A stretch of DNA of 64,000 nt from Qipengyuania sp. (GCA_965214525.1 OZ243959.1:1531013-1595012), one strand, 5' to 3'. Shown: positions 37,925-48,671, counted from the first letter of the stretch. The notes: a model not told the origin generated them from the letters alone. A program made the numbers and translations.

Positions 37925-38547
37925 TCAGCCTTTGCCTTCCAGCCCCAGAACAATTGGCAGGGGAGAATGTTGAGCATTTCAAAACTGCGATCGACACGCT
38001 TGAAATGCCGCGCCATCAATTCGCGCGCCTTGGCGGAAAACTGGTAGACCAGGAATGCGCCGCCCGGCCTGACCGCTGCATACGTCTCGTATGCGATCCG
38101 CTCGCCGATGCCCGGTGGCAGGGTCGAGAACGGCAGGCCCGAGAGGATATAATCGGCATGATCCTCACCATGCTTGGCCAGGATCGCGCGTACATCCTCG
38201 GCTGATCCGTGGATCGCATGAAAACGCGGATCGACGATCGTGCGATCGAGGTAATCGATATACAGGCGATTGGTATCGATAACGATCAGCTTGCCATCGT
38301 GCGGCAGCCGATCGAGCACCGGCCGGCAGAAAGTGCCCACGCCCGGCCCGTATTCCACAAACACCCTGCAGCGATCCCACTCGACCGGTGCCAGCATCTT
38401 GGCGATGGTGAAGCGCGAGGACGGAATGATCGAGCCGACCATGCGCGGGTTCTCGACGAACCCTCGAAAGAACACCCGCCATTGATCCAGCAGACTATGA
38501 CTGGACGATGCGCGCACCGCGGTGCGAGCGGAATCGAATTCGTTCAA
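37921..38547 (-). CDS. Class I SAM methyltransferase (phospholipid N-methyltransferase-like; start uncertain)
   Basis: VGSIIPSS, VEYGPGVG, ILSGLPF, VYQF. Confidence 0.85.
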   Translation of the reverse strand: MNEFDSARTAVRASSSHSLLDQWRVFFRGFVENPRMVGSIIPSSRFTIAKMLAPVEWDRCRVFVEYGPGVGTFCRPVLDRLPHDGKLIVIDTNRLYIDYLDRTIVDPRFHAIHGSAEDVRAILAKHGEDHADYILSGLPFSTLPPGIGERIAYETYAAVRPGGAFLVYQFSAKARELMARHFKRVDRSFEMLNILPCQLFWGWKAKAD

Positions 38548-38685
38548 GGCGGTCTTCCAATCGCTTGTCCGTCCAATCAAAACGGAACTTTCCTTGCGCC
38601 TCGCAAATTCGCAGCCTTTTTGCAAGCTTGGCCGTTGAACCTTCCGCCCGGGCGGCCTACCACCGCAGGAACGCCCAAGCGAACC

Positions 38686-40062
38686 ATGCGCCTATCCCCA
38701 CAGCCTTTGCCACCGTCCGCGGCGACCAACCGTCCGATCTCGAACGGCAGGATGGCGTTGTTATTCGTCGTGATGCTGACGACGGCCGCAGGCAACACGG
38801 CGATGCAATCGGTCATGCCCTCGATCGGCACGGCGCTTGGCGTTGCGGACGTATGGATTAGCCTCGCCTACACCTGGTCGGCACTGTTATGGGTTGTCTG
38901 CGCGCCCATCTGGGCGCGCCGGTCCGATCGGCGCGGGCGCAAGGCGATGATGGCGCTGGGCCTGATCGGGTTCAGCGCCTCGATGGCATTGTGTGGCCTC
39001 GTCCTGTGGTTCGGACTGCTAGGCATCTTGCCGGCATTATGGACGCTGCTGCTGTTCGCCCTGTTCCGCAGCCTTTACGGCGGGTTCGGTTCTGCTGCAC
39101 CCCCCGCCGTGCAGGCCTATGTCGCCGCTCGAACCGCCCGTGCGGAACGAACGCAGGCACTCTCCCTGATAGCATCGAGCTTTGGCCTGGGGACGGTCAT
39201 CGGACCCGCGCTGGCGCCGTTGCTGATCTTCCCAGGCCTTGGCCTGACCGGACCATTCGTGGCCTTTGCCGTGTTCGGGCTTGCAGCCCTTATCGCGTTG
39301 CGAATGAGGCTACCCAATGACGAACCGCAATTCGCCGCACGCGGCGGTACTTACGACGCGCCATACGGAGCCGGGTCCGCCAGTGGTCACGATGACAAGG
39401 ATGACGCGCATGCAACAAATGGCGATGAACATGCGCAATCCGGCACGCTGCCGACCTCTGGTGTGGACACCCGCCTAAGCTGGTGGGAGGATCGCATGCG
39501 GCCGTGGGTCGTCTCCGGGTTGCTGGGCGGGCACGCACAGGCGATGATCCTGGGCTTGTCCGGCTTCTTGGTGCTTGATCGGTTGGGGTTCAGGGATGAT
39601 CCGGCGGCGGGAACCGGCCCGGTCGGTCTGGTGCTGATGGCCGGCGCGATCGCCACGCTGCTGGCCCAGTGGGGCGTCATCCCCCGGTTGAAGCTAGGTC
39701 CGCGGGCAGCGGTCTTGTGGGGCGCCGCCATTGCCGGCCTGGGCACCATCGCGTTCGCCCTCGCCAACGATCTGCATGCCATTGCGCTTGGTTATTCGGT
39801 CGCGTCTCTTGGGTTCGGGCTGTTTCGTCCCGGCTTTACGGCAGGTGCTTCGCTGGCCGTTTCCCGTGCCGAACAAGGCGAGGCATCGGGCATCGTCGCG
39901 TCGGTCAACGGGGCCGCCTACATCTTCGCTCCGGCAGTAGGCGTGTGGCTGTACGGCCATTCCAGCTGGCTGGCTTTCATCACGATCGTCACCTTGTGCG
40001 GGATCGTCTTCATCCTCGGCTGGCGCTCCCTCATGTCTGACGAGACCCTGATCGAGGATTGA
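38686..40062 (+). CDS. MFS transporter
   Basis: WARRSDRRGRK motif A, about 12 TM; start shortened from ORF 38209. Confidence 0.9.
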   Translation: MRLSPQPLPPSAATNRPISNGRMALLFVVMLTTAAGNTAMQSVMPSIGTALGVADVWISLAYTWSALLWVVCAPIWARRSDRRGRKAMMALGLIGFSASMALCGLVLWFGLLGILPALWTLLLFALFRSLYGGFGSAAPPAVQAYVAARTARAERTQALSLIASSFGLGTVIGPALAPLLIFPGLGLTGPFVAFAVFGLAALIALRMRLPNDEPQFAARGGTYDAPYGAGSASGHDDKDDAHATNGDEHAQSGTLPTSGVDTRLSWWEDRMRPWVVSGLLGGHAQAMILGLSGFLVLDRLGFRDDPAAGTGPVGLVLMAGAIATLLAQWGVIPRLKLGPRAAVLWGAAIAGLGTIAFALANDLHAIALGYSVASLGFGLFRPGFTAGASLAVSRAEQGEASGIVASVNGAAYIFAPAVGVWLYGHSSWLAFITIVTLCGIVFILGWRSLMSDETLIED

Positions 40063-40067
40063 GCGTC

Positions 40068-40412
40068 CTACAGGATTTCGTAGACCAGTTCCTTGGGACG
40101 GCACAAGCGCACGCCCTTATCAGTCCGCACGAGCGGCCGCTCGATCAATCCTGGATCGGCCTCCATAGCGGCAAGAACCGTCTCGTCCGATGCCGTTGGC
40201 AGACCACGTTCTTCGGCCGTCGTGCCGCGTGTCCGCACCCCTTGGGCAGGCGCGATCCCAGCATCGCGATACAGCTCTTCCAGTTGCCAGCGACTGGGCG
40301 GGTGCTTCAGATACTCGATGACCGTAAGATCCAGTCCCGCTTGCTCCTGCAGGATCGCCAACGTGTCACGCGAGGTCCCGCATTTGGGGTTATGCCAGAT
40401 CGTCGCTTTCAT
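40068..40412 (-). CDS. arsC: ArsC family (glutaredoxin-type) reductase
   Basis: WHNPKCGTSR, LIERP, LCRP. Confidence 0.85.
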   Translation of the reverse strand: MKATIWHNPKCGTSRDTLAILQEQAGLDLTVIEYLKHPPSRWQLEELYRDAGIAPAQGVRTRGTTAEERGLPTASDETVLAAMEADPGLIERPLVRTDKGVRLCRPKELVYEIL

Positions 40413-40508
40413 CCCGCGGTTCCTAAGACGCTACGTCGCAAGCACAATACCACCGACACGGGGTGTCCCGACACTTTTTCACGTTGACCGGCGCTTCCCC
40501 ATTGCCAC

Positions 40509-40558
40509 TGCGAATGTTTCGCAATAGCAGCTTCGCCAGCTAATGATAATTATTCGCA
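40509..40558. promoter_or_regulatory. Iron-responsive (Fur-type) boxes
   Basis: TGCGAA-TGT-TTCGCA palindrome (40509-40523) and TAATGATAATTATTCGCA (40541-40558) upstream of receptor. Confidence 0.65.
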
Positions 40559-40573
40559 GGATGAGGGACGCAG

Positions 40574-42679
40574 ATGATTCAGCCGACGCAAATAGGCTTC
40601 GTTACAGCGGCGTTGCTATGGAGCGTATCGGTATGGGCGGGGACCGAGGATAACGCGCAACCCGAACGCGACTATCTGCCAGAGGACATCGTCGTGACCG
40701 GTCAGCGCGATGGCTACCGGGTTGACGATGGTTTCACCGCCACCAAAACCGCCACCCCGATTATCGACGTTCCTCAGACAATCACCGCGATTACCCGCGA
40801 CCAGTTGGACGATCAGAACGTGCGCTCGTTGAACGACGCGTTGCGCTTCGTACCCGGCGTTTCGATGGAATCGGGCGAAGGCCACCGCGACGAGGTCTTC
40901 ATCCGCGGACAGGAAACCACGGCGGATTTCTATCTCGATGGACTGCGGGACGATGCGGAATATTACCGCCCGCTCTACAACATCGAACGGGTGGAAATCG
41001 TAAAAGGCGCAAACGCCCTTATTTTCGGGCGCGGTGCAGGCGGTGGTGCGATCAATCGGGTCAGCAAGAGAGCGCCATTGGGGCGCGAACTGCTAGGTGG
41101 TAACGCCAGCATCGATACGTTCGGGGCGTTCAACATCTCGGGCGACCTCGCGGCACCGCTCTCGGGCAATATCGCTGTGCGGCTCAACGCGACATACGAA
41201 GAGTTCGCCAATAACCGCGCCGTGTATGATGGTCGGTTTGTCGGCATGAGCCCGACCGCGACGCTGAGCCTTGGCGCGGATACTACACTGGTTGCCAGCT
41301 ACACGTACGACAATGACGAGCGTGTGACCGATCGCGGCATTCCTGCCTTCCGCAACCGCCCTTTGGCGGACAATTACGACACCTTCTTCGGCGACCCGGA
41401 CTACAATCATAGCGAGGTCGAGGCGCATATCGCGCGCACCCGTCTGGAGCATGAGTTTACCGGTCAACTGACTGCCAATGCGACGGTCCAATACGCACAT
41501 TACGACAAGTTCTACGCCAACATCGTGCCGAGCGCAGCGTTGGATCGGAACGGGGACGATGTGCCTGATGCCGTTCGCGTCTCCGGCTACGAAAGCGGGA
41601 CCGTACGCGAGAACATCATCGGCCAGGCAAATCTCGTCTGGACCGGTCGGACAGGCGGCATCGGGCACACCGTCCTGATGGGCGCCGAGTTCGCCTATCA
41701 GGATACCGATGCCATTCGCAACCGCGCGCTATTCGCAGACGCGAAAACCTCTGCTACGGTCGATCTGTCACAGCCCATTGCGGTGCCGGCGTTCATACTG
41801 GAGCCGCAGCGATCCAGCCGTTCCGAGCTTACCGTCTATTCGCTTTACGTGCAGGATCAGGTCCGCCTTACCGGCTGGCTGGAGTTGGTTCTCGGCGCAC
41901 GCTTCGACAGGTTCGAACTGGACAGCGTGAACCTTCTCGACGGGTTCCAAGGCGCGCGATCCGACAATGATCTCAGCCCGCGCGTCGGCGTCATCGTGAA
42001 GCCGCAATCCAATCTGTCTCTCTATGCGAGCTACGCCGAAAGCTTCCTTCCAGCCGCAGGCGACCAGTTCACTGTCTTGAGCCAGGCGAGCGCGGCGCTG
42101 GAGCCGGAAAACTTCGACAATCTCGAAGCGGGTATCAAGTGGGCTCCGCGCGGCGATCTGCTGGCAACGGCGGCTGTGTTTAGGCTCGACCGGTCGAACA
42201 CCCCGGCAACGACGAACCTGGGCTTGCGCGTGCTGACAGGCGAGAGCCGCGTGCAGGGAGCGGAGCTTTCGCTTGCTGGCTCGATATTGCCGAACTTTCA
42301 CGTGAACGCTGGCTACACCTATCTGGATGGCGAGATACGCTCCAGCACCGACGCGGCCGAAGTCGGGGATGAATTGCAGCAATTGCCCGAACATCAGATC
42401 GGCGCCTGGGGCCGATACGACTTGACCGACCGGTTTGGCATCGGGGTGGGTCTTGTCCACCAGTCAAGCCAATTCGCCAGCTTTAGCAACACGACCATCC
42501 TGCCGTCCTACACGCGGATCGACGCGGCGGCGTTCTACCGCTTTAACGATGAAATCAGCCTCCAGGTGAATGTCGAAAACCTTACGGACGCGCGATATTA
42601 CCCCAGTGCGCACGGAGACAACAACATCCAACCCGGCGACGCTCTTAGCGTCCGCTTCGGTATCACCGCGGAATTGTAA
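40574..42679 (+). CDS. TonB-dependent siderophore-type receptor
   Basis: IVVTGQR TonB box, TATKTATPIIDVPQ, ERVEIVKGANALIFGRG. Confidence 0.93.
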   Translation: MIQPTQIGFVTAALLWSVSVWAGTEDNAQPERDYLPEDIVVTGQRDGYRVDDGFTATKTATPIIDVPQTITAITRDQLDDQNVRSLNDALRFVPGVSMESGEGHRDEVFIRGQETTADFYLDGLRDDAEYYRPLYNIERVEIVKGANALIFGRGAGGGAINRVSKRAPLGRELLGGNASIDTFGAFNISGDLAAPLSGNIAVRLNATYEEFANNRAVYDGRFVGMSPTATLSLGADTTLVASYTYDNDERVTDRGIPAFRNRPLADNYDTFFGDPDYNHSEVEAHIARTRLEHEFTGQLTANATVQYAHYDKFYANIVPSAALDRNGDDVPDAVRVSGYESGTVRENIIGQANLVWTGRTGGIGHTVLMGAEFAYQDTDAIRNRALFADAKTSATVDLSQPIAVPAFILEPQRSSRSELTVYSLYVQDQVRLTGWLELVLGARFDRFELDSVNLLDGFQGARSDNDLSPRVGVIVKPQSNLSLYASYAESFLPAAGDQFTVLSQASAALEPENFDNLEAGIKWAPRGDLLATAAVFRLDRSNTPATTNLGLRVLTGESRVQGAELSLAGSILPNFHVNAGYTYLDGEIRSSTDAAEVGDELQQLPEHQIGAWGRYDLTDRFGIGVGLVHQSSQFASFSNTTILPSYTRIDAAAFYRFNDEISLQVNVENLTDARYYPSAHGDNNIQPGDALSVRFGITAEL

Positions 42680-42713
42680 CCCTGCTCAAATCCGCCTCGC
42701 GCGGCGGCACCGG

Positions 42714-43265
42714 TTATTCATCGGCGAGCGGTTCGGTGCCGATCGCCGGCACTGCGCGCGAAGCCTCGGCCGTGCTGATGCCGGGACGCGGAGCCGCATC
42801 GACCGTCTCGGCACGCGCGGCAATGCGCCCTGCCAGCGCGACCGCGCGAACGAGCCGCGGATAGACGCCGCATCGGCACAAATTGGGGATGGCCGCCGCA
42901 ACGTCATCGCTTGTCGGCGCGCGGTTCTGCCGCAACAGGGCCGCGGCCGCCATGACGATGCCCGGCGTGCAAAACCCGCACTGGATCGCCTGTTCCGCCA
43001 CCATCGCCTGTTGCACCGGGTGAGACCGGTCGCGCGACAACCCCTCGATCGTGGTGATGACCCGCCCCTCCGCCTCAGCCAATGTCACCAGGCACGAGCG
43101 CAGCGCTTCACCATCGATATGGATCATGCACGCATAGCAATCACCGACCGCGCATCCGTTCTTGGTGCCGGTGAGGTTCGCTGCATCCCGCAGGGCGAAC
43201 AGCAGCGGGGTATCGGGGTCCATCAGGAAGTCGACCGGCCGACCGTTCACTGTCATTGCGGTCAT
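42714..43265 (-). CDS. (2Fe-2S)-binding small subunit, IorA/CoxS family
   Basis: GTKNGCAVGDCYAC, QCGFCTPG, NLCRCG. Confidence 0.9.
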   Translation of the reverse strand: MTAMTVNGRPVDFLMDPDTPLLFALRDAANLTGTKNGCAVGDCYACMIHIDGEALRSCLVTLAEAEGRVITTIEGLSRDRSHPVQQAMVAEQAIQCGFCTPGIVMAAAALLRQNRAPTSDDVAAAIPNLCRCGVYPRLVRAVALAGRIAARAETVDAAPRPGISTAEASRAVPAIGTEPLADE

Positions 43266-43268
43266 GGT

Positions 43269-43484
43269 TCAGGCGTCCGGGACGTAGCTTTGCAGAAGTC
43301 CGCAACGGTCGCAGCGGTAGCTATGGACCTGCTGGACAATCTTGCTCTTGATCACCTTCATGCCCCACCAGTCTTTGACCATACTGCTAGGAGCCCAACC
43401 CAACTGCTGCCGGTACGTGCCGTCCGCAAGCACGCCTTTGGTCATTCGCCCGCCACAGTCGCGGCAGGTCTTGGTCTGCTCCAT
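43269..43484 (-). CDS. Small zinc-ribbon protein (DUF6487-like)
   Basis: CRDC...CDRC; translationally coupled to upstream aldolase. Confidence 0.7.
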   Translation of the reverse strand: MEQTKTCRDCGGRMTKGVLADGTYRQQLGWAPSSMVKDWWGMKVIKSKIVQQVHSYRCDRCGLLQSYVPDA

Positions 43485-44245
43485 CAGTCCCGCCAGCTAT
43501 TGTCGACCCGGTCGATCTTGCGCTTCCATGCCTCGAAATCGAACATCCCCGCCCCACCCTGGCTCGACATCTGCGACAGGTCGCGCTGGTGCACGCCGAC
43601 CACTTCATTGGACACGTACAACGGCTGCCCCATCGATAGCGTCGCGACCTGTATCTCGCAGGCCCGCTGCAACGCCCACATCTGCACGAACATTTGCTGG
43701 ATGGTCTTGCCCATCACGACCGGACCGTGATTGCGCAGCATCAGTATGTTCTTGCTGCCCAGGTTCTGAACCAGCCGCTCGCCCTCTTCGCTTCGAACGG
43801 TGACGCCTTCGAAATCGTGATAGCCGATCTGGCCGATGAAGTTGCAAGCGTAAAAGTTGATCGGCAGCAGTCCTTCCTCGCTACTGCACACCGCCATGGT
43901 CGCCGTGGTATGAACGTGGCAGATGGCGTGAGCGCGCTCGATATGCTCATGGAAATAGGCGTGCTGGGTGAATCCTGCCTTGTTCACCATGTAAGACGAT
44001 CCGCCGATATTATTGCCCTCGACATCGATCTTGACTAGGTTGGAAGCGGTTACCTCCTCGTACAGTAGCCCAAATGGGTTGATGAGAAACGCACCCTCCT
44101 CGCCGGGAACTTTAACGGAAATGTGGTTGTAGATCGATTCCGACCAGCCGAGATGATCGAAGATACGATAGCAAGCGGCCAAGTCCAGCCGGGCTTGCCA
44201 TTCCTCGGCAGAACATTCGTAATCGAGTTTCGCTTTCGTCGCCAT
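43484..44245 (-). CDS. Class II aldolase/adducin family protein
   Basis: NHIS, FLINPFG, HVHT, LRNHG. Confidence 0.92.
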   Translation of the reverse strand: MATKAKLDYECSAEEWQARLDLAACYRIFDHLGWSESIYNHISVKVPGEEGAFLINPFGLLYEEVTASNLVKIDVEGNNIGGSSYMVNKAGFTQHAYFHEHIERAHAICHVHTTATMAVCSSEEGLLPINFYACNFIGQIGYHDFEGVTVRSEEGERLVQNLGSKNILMLRNHGPVVMGKTIQQMFVQMWALQRACEIQVATLSMGQPLYVSNEVVGVHQRDLSQMSSQGGAGMFDFEAWKRKIDRVDNSWRD

Positions 44246-44383
44246 GATATCGTCCCTTGATTGCCGCTTCGTATAGGGTGACTATCGCATGCGAGGGCCA
44301 TCGGGTGCAAGCGCGACGCGGGCTGTTGCGTGGCGGATCGGCGCCTGCCTTGTCTTCGCGCGCTGAGCCGCTACGGCGTAAAG

Positions 44384-45742
44384 ATGAGCGAGCAGGCCAG
44401 ACTGACGCGCGGAAGCATTCGCCGCCATCTCGTCATGCAGACCTGGCCAATGGTCATCGGTGTCGCGGCGATCATGTCGATCGGTTTGATCGATGCCTAC
44501 TTCATCGGGCAACTGGGCGCCAAGCAACTGGCTGCCATCTCCTTCATCTTTCCCATCTCGGTCGCGCTTGGCAGCCTTGGCGTGGGCGTGATGGTCGGCA
44601 TCAATTCGGTAATCGCCCGGGCGCTGGGCGCTGGAGATGTCGAACGTGCCCATGCGCGCGCGACATTCGGCATCGTCTTTGCCGTCGGGTGTGGCGTCGT
44701 CATGGGGCTGACACTGTTCGCCCTGCTCGATCCGCTGTTTCGCCTGATGAACGCAAGCGATGACCTGCTGCCCTTCATCCATACCTACATGCGCCCGTTC
44801 GCACTCGCCTACCCGTTGCAACTGGCCATCATGGGCTTCAACGGCGCCCTACGTGGACAGGGCGAAGCGAAGAAAACCTCGATCGTGTCAATCAGCTATG
44901 CCGCCGGAAACTGGGTGCTCGACCCGATCCTCATCACCGGAGCGTTCGGCTTTTCCGGGTTCGGCATCGTCGGCGCCGTCTATGCGACGATCGCCGGCTG
45001 GATCATCGGGATCATCGTTGCATGGTTGTTATTGCGACAGACGCCGTTGGCGTTTCAACCTCGCAGCCTGCCCAAGGCCGACATCGGCGCTTCGGCAAAA
45101 GCCATCCTTGGGGTGGCAGGGCCGGCGTCTTTTTCCAACGCGATCAATCCCATCGGCCTGTCCGTGCTGACCGCAATGGTGGCGGCGCAAGGCGAGGCTG
45201 CCGTGGCCGGGTTCGGCGCTGCGGGCCGGCTGCAAAGCTTCGCTGTCGTGCCCCTGCTGGGGCTGTCGGGTTCCATCGGGGGCATCATCGGGCAGAACTG
45301 GGGCGCGGGCCGGATCGATCGCGCCGGCCGGGCGATGAAATATGCCGCCGCGTTCAGTCTTTCATACGGGTTGGCGATCGCGGCGATTCTGGCTTTGCAA
45401 CCCTCCTGGTTCGCCCAGCTCTTCACCGACGATCCCGCTGTCATCCGCGAGTTCTCCGCCTACCTGACCATCGCAGCCTGGGGCTATGGGGGCTATGGCT
45501 TGCTGATCGTCGGGAATGGTGCCCTGAACGCTGTCGACCGCGCGAATTGGGCACTTGCGCAAAGCGTCGCGCGGGTTTTCCTGATAATGCTTCCTTTCGC
45601 CTATCTGCTGCAGGGAAAATGGGGTTCGGAGGCGGCTTATGCGGCCGAATTGATTGCCAACCTTGTAGGCGGCGCAATCGCCGCGGGAGTGGTGTGGTAC
45701 ATCTTGCGGCGGCCGGGCGCAGCGCAAACTTCGCATGCATGA
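44384..45742 (+). CDS. MATE family efflux transporter
   Basis: LTRGSIRRHL, IDAYFIGQLG, LRGQGEAK, GQNWGAG. Confidence 0.92.
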   Translation: MSEQARLTRGSIRRHLVMQTWPMVIGVAAIMSIGLIDAYFIGQLGAKQLAAISFIFPISVALGSLGVGVMVGINSVIARALGAGDVERAHARATFGIVFAVGCGVVMGLTLFALLDPLFRLMNASDDLLPFIHTYMRPFALAYPLQLAIMGFNGALRGQGEAKKTSIVSISYAAGNWVLDPILITGAFGFSGFGIVGAVYATIAGWIIGIIVAWLLLRQTPLAFQPRSLPKADIGASAKAILGVAGPASFSNAINPIGLSVLTAMVAAQGEAAVAGFGAAGRLQSFAVVPLLGLSGSIGGIIGQNWGAGRIDRAGRAMKYAAAFSLSYGLAIAAILALQPSWFAQLFTDDPAVIREFSAYLTIAAWGYGGYGLLIVGNGALNAVDRANWALAQSVARVFLIMLPFAYLLQGKWGSEAAYAAELIANLVGGAIAAGVVWYILRRPGAAQTSHA

Positions 45743-45835
45743 CGATCTGTCCTGCCCTTAAACTCCAATGCGCAGTGACGAAACGTTAACCAACTAGGTC
45801 CATGTCCGTGAACGAATGTTCGGAGAACGTCGCTG

Positions 45836-48187
45836 ATGGACGACCTGCTGGCCGATTTCGTGGCCGAGACACGGGAAATGCTGGAGAACAGCGAAGGCGA
45901 GCTGATTGTCTGGGAGGCGAACCCTTCCGATCGCCAACGCCTGGATACCATCTTTCGTTTCGTTCATACGGTGAAGGGGAATTGCGGGTTCTTCGACCTG
46001 CCACGGCTTGCCGCCCTTAGCCACGCGGCCGAAGGAGCGCTTGCCGAAGTACGCGCCGATCGCCGGGAAGCGAATGCTGACCTGGTTTCGGCAGTATTGG
46101 CGATCATCGATCGCATCATGGAGATGATCGACGCGATCGAAGCGGGCGACGTGATGCCGTTCGATGACGATGACCTCTTGATAGCAGCGCTGGAGGTCGG
46201 AGCATCCGCGACCGGCCCGGCACGTAGCAACCCGCAACCGGTCAGCCCCTCGATCGCCAAGGCGCGGTCCATCCGCGTGCCTGTCGAAATGCTGGACGAA
46301 TTGATGAGCGGCGTCTCCGACATGGTACTGGCGCGCAACGACCTGGCGCGGCGCATCCGTTCGAGCGGCGATATCTCCGAGATCGAAAGCACTTTCGAGC
46401 GATTGTCCGGTATCCTTGGCGATGTGCGCGAAACCGTCACGCGGATGCGGATGAACCCTATCGAACATCTGTATCAGGCAATCCCCCGGCTCGTTCGTGA
46501 TCTTGCACAGGAACTCGGCAAGAAAGTCAGCATCGCATTCGATGGTGGACATGTCGAACTCGATCGCGAGGTACTGGAGCTGGTGCGCGATCCGTTGACC
46601 CATATCCTTCGCAACGCGATCGACCACGGGATCGAAGGGCCCGATGAACGCTTGTTGGCAGGCAAGCCGACAAGCGGCCAGATCTCCATCAGTGCCCGGC
46701 ATGCCGGGAACGAGATCAGGGTGACGATCAGTGACGATGGGCGCGGCATCGATCCGGAAGCGATTGCGCGGCAGGCCATCAAATCCGGTATCAGAAAGGC
46801 CGATACGGTGGCGGGGCTTACAGGGGCCCAAAAGCTCGATCTGATCTTCGAACCCGGTCTCTCGACCGCCAGCAAGGTAAGCGAAATCTCGGGCCGTGGC
46901 GTCGGGATGGACGTGGTGCGCGCCAATCTGGAAAAGATCGGGGGGCGCATAATCGTCAGTTCGGTTCCAGGAGAAGGCACCGACCTGGAATTTCGCATTC
47001 CCCTGACGCTCAGCATCATGGCGGGGCTGACGGTTCGCGTGGGGACACAGCAATTCGCCATTCCGCAAACGGCTATCGTGGAGATCGTCCGCTGCCGCTC
47101 GACCCAGACCGTGTTTTCATTCCTTGGAGAGAGGCGGATCGTCACGATCCGATCGGAACGATTGCCCTATCTCTCCCTCGCTGCCGGATTGAACATCAGC
47201 CCGCCTGGTGCTGACGAAGACATCGATGGGCAACACACTCCAACGGTCATCATCGTCGCCGATCTCGCTAATAGCCATCGCGTGGCGATCGGGGTCGATT
47301 CGATCGGCGACTATGAAGATCTCGTCATAAAACCCCTGCCGCCGCAGATCATGGAAACCGGCTTCTATTCGGGCTCGACGCTGCTGAATGATGGCCGTCC
47401 TATTTTGATGCTGGATTTGCGGGAACTGGCCGCCCTATGCGGGATGTGCGAACGCGGGGGCAGCGATAATTCGCTTTTGCTTGCGGACGACGCCGATAAG
47501 GCCGGCAGCAACTTGGCACTGATGGCGTTTACCGGGCTCGACGGAACCGAACATGCGGTGCGCGTATCGGCAGTGCAACGGGTCGATTGCTTCGCGGCCG
47601 GTCAGATCGATCGGACCGGCAATACCGCGATGGTCGTGCTCGACGGCATCGCCTTGCCGTTACTGGGGCTGCCGCAGGGCGATCTGCAGGAGGGTGCGGT
47701 CCACGCTATCCGCATGAACGATGGTACGAGCCAATTGCTGTTTGCCTCGCACAAGGCCATCCGGTGGATCGATATCGATCCGTCCGCTCTGGAGACTTCG
47801 CCGGAACGAGAGGTCGAGGCAACGATCGTCCACAACGACCGGATCGTGCGGCTGATCGACACTCACCGGTTGTTCGGCCAACTCGACGCATCGCGCGGCC
47901 GCGTGCGGCATCGACCGACCTGCCGTATTCCGGATGACGAATGGTCGCGCCAGATACTGGCCCCTCTCCTTAATTCTACGGGCTATGCGGTCGTCGAAGG
48001 GGTCACACGGGATGTCGATCTTGCCATCCTTATCGACGCTGACGAGATGGAGCAGGCCGATGCGAGCGCGAAAGCTGTCGTTCGGCTGACTTCCGACCCG
48101 AAGGGGACCAGTCGGTCCATGATCGATCGGTACGATCGAGAGCGCATCCTGGCCGCACTCGAAGCCGCGCGAAAGGACGTCGCATGA
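45836..48187 (+). CDS. cheA: Chemotaxis histidine kinase
   Basis: Hpt HTVKG, RNAIDHGIE, DDGRGID, SGRGVGMDVV, CheW-like domains. Confidence 0.95.
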   Translation: MDDLLADFVAETREMLENSEGELIVWEANPSDRQRLDTIFRFVHTVKGNCGFFDLPRLAALSHAAEGALAEVRADRREANADLVSAVLAIIDRIMEMIDAIEAGDVMPFDDDDLLIAALEVGASATGPARSNPQPVSPSIAKARSIRVPVEMLDELMSGVSDMVLARNDLARRIRSSGDISEIESTFERLSGILGDVRETVTRMRMNPIEHLYQAIPRLVRDLAQELGKKVSIAFDGGHVELDREVLELVRDPLTHILRNAIDHGIEGPDERLLAGKPTSGQISISARHAGNEIRVTISDDGRGIDPEAIARQAIKSGIRKADTVAGLTGAQKLDLIFEPGLSTASKVSEISGRGVGMDVVRANLEKIGGRIIVSSVPGEGTDLEFRIPLTLSIMAGLTVRVGTQQFAIPQTAIVEIVRCRSTQTVFSFLGERRIVTIRSERLPYLSLAAGLNISPPGADEDIDGQHTPTVIIVADLANSHRVAIGVDSIGDYEDLVIKPLPPQIMETGFYSGSTLLNDGRPILMLDLRELAALCGMCERGGSDNSLLLADDADKAGSNLALMAFTGLDGTEHAVRVSAVQRVDCFAAGQIDRTGNTAMVVLDGIALPLLGLPQGDLQEGAVHAIRMNDGTSQLLFASHKAIRWIDIDPSALETSPEREVEATIVHNDRIVRLIDTHRLFGQLDASRGRVRHRPTCRIPDDEWSRQILAPLLNSTGYAVVEGVTRDVDLAILIDADEMEQADASAKAVVRLTSDPKGTSRSMIDRYDRERILAALEAARKDVA

Positions 48188-48618
48188 CCGAGATGGTACT
48201 GATCGTGTCTTTGGCGGATCGGCGTCTGGCGATCCCCGCGCAGCGCATCGAATCGATTGTCGAACTGGAACAGATTGCCCCGGTGCCGATGGCACCAACT
48301 CATGTCGCGGGGCTGTCCGCGCTGCGCAGCCGTGCGCTGACGGTGATAGATTGCCGCACCGCCTTGCAATTGGCGTATCGTCCGTTCGAGCCCGGTTGCC
48401 AGGCAGTCGTCGTCGAACACGATACGCATCGCTTCGCCCTGCTGGTGGATAGCGTGGACGATGTCGAGCAGACCCTTGCCAGATCGGGACATTTGCCAGG
48501 AGGGTTCGGCAAGGAATTCGATCATGTAGCCATCGAAATGATCGAGGTCGCATCCGGGGCTGCCCTGCTGATCGAACCGGACGTAATCATATCCGGGCAA
48601 CGTAGCCTCGCCGCTTAA
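48184..48618 (+). CDS. cheW: Chemotaxis coupling protein
   Basis: PVPMAPTHVAGLSALRSRALTVID, ALLVDSVDDV. Confidence 0.9.
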   Translation: MTEMVLIVSLADRRLAIPAQRIESIVELEQIAPVPMAPTHVAGLSALRSRALTVIDCRTALQLAYRPFEPGCQAVVVEHDTHRFALLVDSVDDVEQTLARSGHLPGGFGKEFDHVAIEMIEVASGAALLIEPDVIISGQRSLAA

Positions 48619-48671
48619 GCAATTGGTTACGGTTACGATCGTATCATTACAATGGGTTCGCTAGGAAAAAC

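Noticed and set aside
42570-43730. 386-aa plus-strand ORF
   Set aside because: Antisense to three well-supported minus-strand genes
45794-47068. 424-aa minus-strand ORF
   Set aside because: Antisense shadow of cheA
48615-48636. CtrA site upstream of cheY (TTAA-N8-TTAC)
   Set aside because: Spacing differs from N7 and it overlaps the cheW stop codon; not supportable alone
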